A stretch of DNA of 64,000 nt, from positions 27,094,001-27,158,000 of the forward strand of contig JBHGNT010000001.1 in NCBI GenBank assembly GCA_043228905.1, in the 5' to 3' direction. Source of the stretch: Azolla caroliniana. Lineage: Eukaryota > Plantae > Polypodiophyta. The position numbers were made by a program, and so were the translations under genes. The notes beneath the pieces were generated by a model that was not told where the DNA came from, made no database searches, and was given only the letters and a program-made list of their open reading frames with translations. Shown here piece by piece: positions 1 to 9,918 of the stretch (positions are counted from its first letter, which is position 1; every line of letters starts with the position of its first letter).

Positions 1-505
1 AAGAGGAAGATGGAGACAAGAAGATCAACAAGATATATTAAAATGAAATGAACGATTACAAAACGGTGGCCGCGTAGGCCGCACCAAACGACTACTCGAA
101 ACCCTAACCCTAACCCTGATGCTTGACCTACGTGGTATACCTCGCACACTCAAAATAGGCAACCCCCACAATGGTGCCTTCTCTCTCCTTTTATAGCACA
201 AGGAGGGAAGACCATTTACAAAAGTGAGACTAAAATATCCTCTTTCATTCAAAGGGGATATTTGCCTTGATTTGGGGGAGGGTGAGATTGATGGCCCCTT
301 AACTCCCACCTCCTCACAAACAACTAGGTACCTATGTACCGCATAGTACCTCTCTCTCTCTCTCTCTCGCGTGGATGTGCGTACAACCATATCACCTTCA
401 TACCTTTATTACTATCAAATACATTATGTACGTGTACAATGTTGCACATCGCTCTTTGGCTCTCGTTGCTCGGGTTTTCGCTTGTGGACGAAAATCTTCA
501 CGACA
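1..505 (-). repeat. Element A 3' LTR (partial)
   Basis: Near-identical to 4268-4774; ends ...AATCTTCACGACA, followed by TCCACCCCCACCT (PPT reverse complement). Confidence 0.95.
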
Positions 506-516
506 TCCACCCCCAC

Positions 517-3500
517 CTAACCGCACATCCTCCGGTATGTGCCAAAACATAAGGGAGAGAACACGAGATTTTCGGCCACGACGACCGACTGAGTCCTTAG
601 CGTCCTCGTGGGCCCGCCCGGCTTTGTCTTCCACTTCGAGCAAGACCACCCCGTCCACACGAACCACCGCCGCCTTCCGGCCCACCATCCTCGCCGAATG
701 GTCTCGAACCGTCGATGCCATCCGATCCGCCACACTCGATGATGTTCGCCGAGTCGTTGCCTCCACCTGATCCGCCACGTCCACTGTGGGTCCTCGAACC
801 ACCGACTACATCCGGCCCGCCGTATCCGATGCCCGTGCTTTCCTCCCCGTTCGGTCCTCCCGAACGTCGTCGCCGACCCGGTTGCTCTTCCTTTGTCCGC
901 CTCGTATATCCTCCGGATGCGCTCCCGGTCGCATGCCGGATTCCGCCCTTTGCGTGCCGCACACCTTGGCGGGCCGACTCTCTTTGCTCCGCGCTTGCCT
1001 TCCGTAGGCTTTCCCCGTATGTCGATGTTGCCCTCCGAATGCGTGCTCGTGCTTCGGTCCTTCGATGACCCCATCACGCGTTTTTCGCTTTCCTCTTTTT
1101 CGCCGTGCTCTCTCGTAGTAGAGCGTATCGTAATCCCGACCTCCGTGTCGGTGTCCCTCGAGGCTCTCGTTATCGCCTCACCTCGACTTGCGCCCTCTTG
1201 GCCCGCTTGGCCTTGTATGCCCTCCGGGAAGCCACCGCGCTTTCTCTTCCCGGTGTGTACCCCGTTGTTCTCCACGCATCTCCTCCGTTTTCCTAGATAC
1301 GACTCTCCGCTCATGCCGATCGCGCTCGGCCCATGTCGTCGATCTTGGCGTTTCGCCGCGCCGTCCTTCGTCCCGTGCTTGCCTCTCGAAGGCTTGACCC
1401 GACCGTCATCATCGGTCAATCGTTGTCGCCCATCCGCCGTATGCATGCTTGTGTCTTGGCCCTCCACCGGCCGTATTGCATGCGTCTCGTGTCGTGCTTT
1501 CGCCGTAGACCCGACCTCCGCGTCGGTCTCCAACTCCTCGCCGCCACCCACCGCTTCTTCGTTCTCCTTTCGATCCGTGACCGCCGATGCCTCACGGGTA
1601 GGTGTGGAGGGTTCCTCCCACTCTCGGTTCACCACCGAGTCCTCGCCTCTCAAAGGCTCAATCGGTCCACCATTTCCGGTCACTCGTTAACGCTCTCTCG
1701 GATGCATGCTCGTTCTTGGGCCCTTCATCGACCGTAGTGCATGCTTCGTGTTACGCCCTTCATCCGCCGTAGACCCGACCTCCACGTCGGCCACTTCTTC
1801 CTTTGTCACCGTAGCCCGTTCCGACCCGAGCTCGCCATCTTGGACCCGCTCGTCCATCATCTCATACCGGATACCCGCACCGATAACTTTGTCCGCTTCG
1901 GCCTCCGACTCCTCGCCGCCACCCGCCGTCTCTCCGGTCTCACGTTGATCCGCAACCGCCGAAGTCTCTAGAATGGGTGTGGAAGGTCCCTCTCGCTCTT
2001 GGTCTTTTAGCAAGCCGTGATCACCGTGCCCACTAGGCCTCCTTCTCGCTCTCACCGGCTCCCACCGTAACCGTACCCGGCCGGCTACGAATTGATCAAA
2101 CAATCCCGGTCTTGCCGGCTTCCTTCGGTTCGTGCCCGGTTGACCGGCCCCCGCTTCACTCTTCTTCCGCTCCGCCTCCCGGTCGGGTCGGATTACCGAC
2201 CGGCTCATCTTTCGGTCGGTTCGGTTCCTGACTCGCTCCTCGATGCCGCTCCGGACCTCTCCTTCGGTCTTTTCGCACGTGCCCACTCTGGGCCTCTCAT
2301 CCTCACGGCCACCGCCCATCTCCCCGGTCTTATGTCCGCGCTCGGGCGCAACCACCGAAGTCTCCGGCCCCGGTGTCGAGGGATCTCGCCTCCGTCCGCT
2401 ACAAACCTCCTCTTCGTCATTTCGGTTGCCCACCTTGCCGCCGCCACCGTCCGTCTCTCTAGGTCTCACACCGGCTCTCGGGCCGGTTGCCGGAGTCTCT
2501 AGGACTGGTGTGTGGAAGGTTGCGGCACCGCCGCTCGTAACCTCTTCTTCCTCGATTTCGCAAGCCTCGAGTATGCTCGCGAAATCCTCGTAGATCGTTT
2601 CGGACAACCGCGTCCCGAAACTTTCGCCCACTCTCGAAATGGCGTCCATTGCTCCGTAGATACCAACCTCATTCATGGCCGTCCTCTTTCCACAAGTCGA
2701 GAGGGTCGCTCGCTCTGCACCCTCTCCCACATCGTCGCCGTGGTTGTCCGCCTTGCCGCCGCCACCGTTCATTACCCTAAGTCTCACGCGGGCACTCGGG
2801 CCGGCCGCCGGGGTCTCTTGAACCAGTGCGTGTAAGGTAGCAATGCCGCCGCTCGTCGATGCTATGCCCGTAGCCACCTACATTTGGACATCGTCGTCCG
2901 TGGCTACCCCGCCTCCGTATATGCAAGCATCAATTATGCTTGCCGCCTCCTCTTCCACAGTCTCCATATCGCTGTCTCGGTTGCCCGCCTTGCCGCCGCC
3001 ACCGCCCGTCACTCTACGTCCCACACCAGCTCTCGGGCCGGTTGCCGGAGTCTCTAGGCCCGGTGTGCGTAAGGTCGCGGCACCGCCGCTTGTCTCCTCC
3101 TCCCTCGATGCTTCGGGCCGCCATGTCCCAAATCCGTAGTTATCGGCCTCCATGGCCGTCCATTCGCCGCAAGACGAGATAGTCGCTCTTTCCGCACCCT
3201 CTCCCACATCGTCGCCGTCGTGGTCGCCCACCTTGCCGCCGCCACCGCCCGTCACTCTAGGTCTCACACCGGCTCTCGGGCCGGTTGCCAGAGTCTCTAG
3301 GCCCGGTGTGCGTAAGGTCGCGGCACCACCGCCCGTCTTCTCCCCGCTCGATGTTTCGGGCCTCCATGCCCGAACTCCCTCATGTCTGCTCGAATCGGCG
3401 ATCGCCGCCTCACCGTCCTCGACCTCGTCCTCGGTCGATCTTTCTCCGCATGTTGAGAGGGTGGCTCGCTCCACACCCTCCCCCGTGGTACCGATGTACC

Positions 3501-4092
3501 ATTCTCTTTCAGCATCCTCAACCTCCGATCGCCTCCGGCCTGACTCCATAATAAGCCCTTCTTCGGCTTCGATTTTCCCCTTCACAAGCTCGCATGCCTC
3601 CAGTATTAGCGCTTCTAGGTCGAGCTCCTCCGAACCGTTTTGCGTTGAGCTCTCTTCCGGCGGTAGTGCGTACTCACTCGTCGCTCTCTCTTCTCCGCCG
3701 TTCGCGGGCCATGTTGTTGTTGACCGCTCCCCATCGGGTTGCCCGCATACCCACTCCGGTTTCGCGTATCCGTACGCTTCCAATAGAGCTCCCTCGAAGG
3801 ACTCCCATGACTCGTGAGCTTCTCGTAGCTCCTTGACGTCCTTGTGCACCGATACGGCCACCACTCGCGGAAAATACTCTAGTCGCATCGCCTCGTCCAT
3901 GCCCCTTTTCGCCATCTCGGCCTTGTAGGCTCCCAAAATTTTTAGGACCTCATTCCCATTGAACCGGCCGACTCGATCGACCACCCTTTCGACGACTTGT
4001 TGAGCCGCATCTCGCTTCGCCATCTTCCGTCCGGCTTCCATCACGATCTTTGCCATCATCTCCTCGAAGTCAAAGTCTTCTTCCATCTCCAT
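517..4092 (-). pseudogene. Element A long frame: Gag capsid-like N-terminus fused to ~1,000 aa repetitive E/G/T/R-rich region; two in-frame stops
   Basis: ORFs 2878-4092, 1687-2877 and 517-1683 share one frame; N-terminus (VVDRVGRFNGNEV..Y.AEM...RLEYFPRV) aligns with Gag of D/F (VVGTIGRFSGKDA..Y.AEM...RLARFPRV). Confidence 0.75.
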
Positions 4093-4107
4093 GCTCCCTT
4101 GCCGCCC

Positions 4108-4125
4108 TTCACGTCGGGTTCACCA
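4108..4125 (-). promoter_or_regulatory. Primer binding site, tRNA-Trp (element A)
   Basis: TGGTGAACCCGACGTGAA is complementary to the plant tRNA-Trp 3' end (...TTCACGTCGGGTTCACCA); 4 nt from the LTR. Confidence 0.9.
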
Positions 4126-4129
4126 AATA

Positions 4130-4774
4130 TGTCGCGTTATTATGCGCATGCGTGGAGAAAGGCGGGACCACGGGGGTCTTGGACTAGGGAGTAGAGGAGA
4201 AGGAATCGGACATGGAATGGAAGCTTTGCTCAAGAAGGAGAAGAATGAACAAGAGATTAACTCGAACAAGAGGAAGATGGAGACAAGAAGATCAACAAGA
4301 TATATTAAAACGAAATGAACGATTACAAAACGGTGGCCGCGTAGGCCGCACCAAACGACTACTCGAAACCCTAACCCTAACCCTAACGCTCGACCTACGT
4401 GGTATACCTCGCACACTCAAAATAGGCAACCCCCACAATGGTGCCTTCTCTCTCCTTTTATAGCACAAGGAGGGAAGACCATTTACAAAAGTGAGACTAA
4501 AATATCCTCTTTCATTCAAAGGGGATATTTGCCTTGATTTGGGGGAGGGTGAGATTGATGGCCCCTTAACTCCCACCTCCTCACAAACAACTAGGTACCT
4601 ATGTACCGCATAGTACCTCTCTCTCTCTCTCTCTCGCATGGATGTGCGTACAACCACATCACCTTCATACCTTTATTACTATTACAAATACATTATGTAC
4701 GTGTGCAATGTTGCACATCGCTCTTTGGCTCTCGTTGCTCGGGTTTCCGCTTGTGGACGAAAATCTTCACGACA
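4130..4774 (-). repeat. Element A 5' LTR (645 bp)
   Basis: TGTCG...CGACA termini, minus-strand TATAAAA, adjacent PBS. Confidence 0.95.
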
Positions 4775-5919
4775 ACGCGGCAAAAGCTTGACCCAAAGTC
4801 GAAGAAATGTATCCTCGTAGGATACTCACTCGAATAGAAGGGGTACAAATGCTTCAACCCATGTACTCGTAAGGTTCGAACAAGTCGAGATGTAGTCTTC
4901 GACGAATACGCATCCCGGTACGCACCAGAGAACACTTCGACTCCAACCCCGCTCGACGCGGATGACACTGAAATATAAATAGAAGCTGAAGATCGGTTCA
5001 CACAGATGTTAGAAGACAACCCAATTACGACACGACTGAGTGGGACATCAGAGCCGCCGAGCGATGAAAGCACATCTCAGCCGAGTCCGAAGCTGAACAA
5101 TGAGTATGAAGATCATTTCGATCTCGACAGTGAGTTCGATTGCCTTGATATCCACACAGACAGCGTGAAGAAACCCCTAGAATCTGCAAATGACAAGCCA
5201 TGCCGATCCACACGCGAGAGAAGAAATGCAGGAGTATGAAGATCATTTCGATCTCAACAATGAGTTCGATTGCCCTGATATCCACACGGACGGCGTGAAG
5301 AAACCCCTAGAATCCGCAAATGACAAGCCACGCCGATCCACGCGCGAGAAGAACCCCGTAAACCACTACGGCTATGACGAGTACATGGTGTATCATTACA
5401 CATTCATGATGAAGGTAGCATCAGTACGGGAACCGGAAACGCTTTTCGAAGCCACAAAGGATCCACGATGGGTCAACGCAATGAATGAGGAGATGGAAGC
5501 GTTATGCAAAAATGAGACATGGGATCTCGTTCCACACCCCCTGAACAGGAAACCAATTGGTTGCAGGTGGATTTACAAGGTGAAGCACAATGCCGATGGT
5601 TCCATAAATTGCTTCAAAGCATGGCTCGTTGCAAAAGGCTATGCACAAACACATGATGTAGACTACGAAGAAACCTTTGCCCCGATGGCAAAGATGACGA
5701 CAATACGGACCGTAATCGCGCTAGTAGCAACAAAAGGGTGGCACCTCCATCAGATGGACGTGAAAAACGCTTTCCTCCAAGGAGAGCTAAAAGAAGAGGT
5801 GTATATGACACAACCACCTGGATTCGAATTGCGTAATCATCCGCACGCCGTATGCCGACTCAAGAAGCCACTCTACGGCCTCAAACAAGCACCAAATGCT
5901 TGGCACTCGAAGATCACGC
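4775..5919 (+). pseudogene. Copia element C pol fragment 1 (integrase C-terminus, linker, RT N-terminus)
   Basis: KLDPKSKKCILVGYS; WIYKVKHNADGS; LVAKGYAQ; HQMDVKNAFLQGEL; LYGLKQAP; contains stops and a 130-bp duplication. Confidence 0.95.
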
Positions 5920-6687
5920 TGTCGTGAAGAATTTCGGCCATAGGCAAAAACCGGGAAACATTGGCTACATTAGCGGGGTGCAGCGTGTGTACGCACCCAT
6001 GTACATTTAGTGTGAATATCGAGAGCGCCTTTATGGCGCCCAAGAGTAGTCAAGTCGGGATAGACGATCCCATGTAGGTCGGGGTTTGTCCCACATTGTA
6101 ACGCATCCCTTTCCTTGATCTATAAAAGGAAGGGAACGCCCTTTGTGTAGGGGTTGCCCATTTTGGATTAGAGGGTGTACCGGTAAGTTTAGGGTTAGGT
6201 TTCTTCTGCTTCTTCTTCTTCCCCTTCGTGTTCGTTTAGGGTTGGTTGCAGCTTATCTCCTGTGCAAGACCCCACTCGGCTCGACGAGCCCGAGAGCTCC
6301 CCGACGGCGGCTTGACAGCAGACGACTGTTGTAAACTATCTTGGTCCGGCTCGAAGCCGGGAGTGTATTCTCCTTATATATATACATATACGTTTGCGTC
6401 TGTCTGTGTATATTGGCGTCTTGTTGGTGTCGGGTGCTCCCCTTCTTCCCTGCGTTTCCTGTACATAAGGGCGTGAGTCGGGTCGGGCTGTGTGTGCGTG
6501 TGTGTGCGTGAGTCGGTGTTAAGCACGCTCTCTCTCTCTCTTTCGCTCTCTCTCCCTTCGGTTGCTTCCGGTGTGTTTCTGAGATTCCCCAGAAGCAGTG
6601 AAGCACGACTTCCTACGCTCCGTTGCTCCCTAGTCCAAGACCCCCGTGGTCCCGCCTTTCTCCACGCACGCGCGTAACAACGCGACA
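5920..6687 (+). repeat. Element B 5' LTR (768 bp)
   Basis: TGTCGTGAAG...ACGCGACA; TATAAAA at 6121; about 14 differences from the 3' LTR by eye. Confidence 0.95.
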
Positions 6688-6724
6688 TCTTTGGTGAACC
6701 CAACGTGAAAGGCGGCAGGGGAGG

Positions 6725-9227
6725 ATGGAGTCGGAAGACGACGACCTTGCGGAGATGGTGGCCAAAGTGGTGTTGGAGTCGGCACGAGTGGTGATGAGGT
6801 GAGAAGCAGCGCAACAAGCGGGTGAGCGAGTTGTCGAAAGAGTCGGCCGTTTCAATGGGGACAAAGTCCCATCTTTCTTGGAAGCCTACAATGCGGAAAT
6901 GGAGGAGCGTGGCGTAGATGAGGCGTTGAGGTTGGAGTTCTTCTGTTGGGTCGTGGCTGTCCGGATGCATGCGGAAATAAAGGAGCTCCGTGAGGCTCAT
7001 AGTTCGTGGGAGGCCTTCGAAGAGGCGCTCCTGAAAGCATACGGAGGACGGCGGAAGAGCCGGGGACGGCACCACTTCGACCAGTGGGTAGCATCGGCAA
7101 AGACCCACCGGAGTGTGACGAAGGCGTTCCGGGAGTTCGAGCGACGACTTGCTCGGCTCCCAGAGCGGGAACAAGGTTTGGTGGGGGCGGACAAAGTCCT
7201 TTTGTTCGTCAGGTCGATCGACCGAGCGGAACGGGAAGCCATCGGGATTGAGCTCGAAGACGATGATGGAGCGAATGGGCTTACGGAGGACTGGTCGAAT
7301 GTCGGAAGGGTGTGCCAACGGATAGACAAAGAGCGAGCCGAGAAGGCTAAGAGGAAGGTACACGACGACGTGCCATCACAGCGGGAAGAGGCCGAACGGC
7401 AAAGAGAGTTGGCAAGGATCGGCGTTGGGGCCAGGATTGCGGAGGCGTACGCAGCTCTCAAAGCGATGCTCGAGGAAGAAGGAAGATCGAGGCCGGAAGC
7501 CGAGACCGAAGAGACGGACTTGCCCCACGCGACGGCGGAAGATCGGTACGACGGTACCACGGGAGAGGGTGCGGAACGAAACACCCTCTCGACTTGCGGA
7601 GGGAGAACGGCAGAGGACGAGGCCGAGATACAGATCGCGGAACCAAAACGTTGGACCAGCGGTTTCGGGCGTGTCAGCCCGAGATCCCGGTCATTGAAGA
7701 AGCAAGCCCAGACGGGGCTTGTGCGATCGGTAAGAAGTCGACCACCGACCACGGAGAGCCGATGGCTACGGACAAGGGCGTAAAACGAACGGGTGATTCT
7801 TTGTGTCTTCCCACACTTGCTCTCGAGACGATGGCAGGCGGGCCCGAGTGCCCATGTGAGTCCCAAGCGGAGGAAGGCGGCGGCGAAAGGGCGAGAATCA
7901 CCGGCGAGACGATACGGAGAAGGGGCGGACGAAAGCCCACGGATCCGATTCCGGAGAACTCGGCAATTGGGCTCGTATGCCCATGTAAGACCGAGGAGAT
8001 GGATGGCGGTACCGAGGAGTCCTGGCACGATGCCAGCGAAGACGGATGGGAAACGGCCTGCAAGGAGGCCGAGGGCGGAAGGCACAAGGAGAGTCCAGGA
8101 GGGACTCAAACAAAAGACACCCGAGTTTCGGCAGGCATAGAAACGGAGTCCGGTCCTATGGGACCCTCACATCGGTTCCGGAGACTCCGGCAGTTCGGCC
8201 AACGTGGCAACGTGAGACCGAGGGAGAAGGACGGTGGCGGCAGGGAACGGAACCCGACGACACGAGGTTCGGAAGAAGCCGGTAAGGGCAAACACGGAGA
8301 GGTGTGTCAGGCCGGAAAGGCACACCTTGGCAGAACAAGAGTCTCGCAAGTGGCCATCGCGGGCCGGATCGAAGCGTGACTACGGGACGGTGTTCGGCGC
8401 GGGCAGGGCCGAACGAAGGAAGCGGAAGACGGCACAAGGGAGGTGCCGAGAACGAAGTGACAAGTGCCTAGTGGACTGCACAGGGTCGGGATTAGGATGG
8501 CAAGAGAGGCCGGAGGAGGATCCTCCACACTCGCTTCGTAGATCTCGGTAGCTCCGTCGAAGTAACAAAGACTGACACGGCAAGCTGGGGTGACAAGCTG
8601 GTGGGGGCGAGGGGACGACGGCAAGCGGAAGACTCAGGACCTGTTGCAGCAGCACGGAGACGGGAAGGGCCAAGCGGGCTACTACGGGGTGTTCCTCGGA
8701 TGCAGAGGACACCGGTATGCGGGTGAGCGGCGATGCACGATCTGGCCGGAAAGGGGCCGACGAGGCGTGCAATAAACCGGAGTGCGACATAGGCAGTGCC
8801 AAACAACGGGTGAGGGTACATGGCACATGGAGGTGCCGAAGCGGAAAGGCGAGCGCGGAGAAGGCCGGAAAGGGATCCTCCACACCGTTCCGGAGACCAT
8901 GGCGGTTCGAGCCGACGCGGCGATGTAAGACCATGGAGAAGGAAGGTGGCGGCGGAAGGACGAAGGCGACGCGAAACACCAGCGGGACATCACGATTCAA
9001 CAACGGAGGCCAAGCGGGCTGCCACGAGCATTGCTCAAGCGGAGGACATCGGGCATACGACGAAAGCGGGGCGTTCATACGGCCGAACAAGGGCCAACGA
9101 AAGTACGCGTACCACGGAGATCGCGGCAGAAGACCCATCGACGGGTCGAACGAGCCTACGGGGAGGCGAGCGCGAAGGAAGACTCGAAGCCGACGGATCA
9201 AACCGGCAGCGAGCCGAGATGCGGTGG
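6725..9227 (+). pseudogene. Element B Gag-like N-terminus plus repetitive tail, with stops and frameshifts
   Basis: MESEDDDLAEMVAKVVLES...GRFNGDKVP...VLLFVRSIDRAERE..GLTEDW is homologous to Gag of D and near-identical to G. Confidence 0.75.
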
Positions 9228-9231
9228 ACGT

Positions 9232-9874
9232 TGTCGTGAAGAAAACCGTCCACAAGCGGAATCGGTGTACCGGAGCGTAGAAACCAACTCTTCATGCACG
9301 TGCGCCTTAAGTTGTACATAGGAGATCCTAGGTAGATTTGGTAGGTAGGGAGTAAAGGGGAAACGACTCCTTCCTTGCCTATAAAAGGAGGGAGACGAGG
9401 AGAGTAAAGGGATCGCGGAGAGTCGAGGACGAAGTGCAGTCGGATTGGGCGCGAAGGCTTCTCTCTCTCTCTCTCTGGTTCGCAGACTCCATAGCTTCCG
9501 TCTGTGCAGGTTTCGGGAGGCTCGCGCTGCTCTGAGGAATGCCCGAGTGCTTCCGGCAGCACCTCCAACCTGTTCCTGTCTTTCTGTGCGTTTACGAACA
9601 GGTATCGGCATTTGTCCACCGGCCTGTTCGGTTGTAACCGACTTCGTGTTTTGTTGTCTTCGTGTTCTTGTTGTTTGTCTTGTCAATACATACATACTTT
9701 CGTGTCTTTCTGTGTCGCTGTCCCACTCGCATCTTTGCGTCGAAGGGCCGTGTCCTTGTGAATCTACGCTCGCACGTAGTGGGTCTCTCTCTCTCTCTCT
9801 CTCTCTCTTACTCTTCGGTACAGGACCCCCGAGGTCCCGCCTCACTCCACGCATCCGCGAGGAATACCTCGACA
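9232..9874 (+). repeat. Element D 5' LTR (643 bp)
   Basis: TGTCGTGAAG...CCTCGACA; TATAAAA at 9380; direct repeat of 15564-16207. Confidence 0.96.
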
Positions 9875-9918
9875 TATTTGGTGAACCCGACGTGAAAGAG
9901 GCGGCAGAAGAGCAGAGG

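Larger units (their letters stand above)
1..4774 (-). mobile_element. Element A: non-autonomous (gag-only, no pol) Ty3/Gypsy-type LTR retrotransposon, left end outside window
   Basis: 1-505 repeats 4268-4774; PPT at 506-518; tRNA-Trp PBS at 4108-4125; no RT/RH/INT motifs inside; right flank ACGC continues as Copia pol. Confidence 0.92.

Noticed and set aside
517-2877. env-like gene in element A
   Set aside because: No signal peptide or transmembrane segment, and it is in frame with Gag rather than downstream of pol.
4367-4388. CCCTAA repeats as interstitial telomere
   Set aside because: Only three units, present in both LTR copies; part of the LTR.
6374-9619. Many long antisense and overlapping ORFs in GC-rich elements
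   Set aside because: Expected shadow ORFs at high GC; no domains; not conserved between B and G or between D and F.
9879-9896. 18-nt matches to tRNA-Trp (six sites) as tRNA genes
   Set aside because: Only the 3'-terminal complement including CCA is present, next to LTRs; these are primer binding sites.
9445-9918. N-terminal extension of the 866-aa ORF into the LTR
   Set aside because: Runs through microsatellite and U5 sequence and is frameshifted in the 3' LTR copy; the ATG at 9919 matches E and F.
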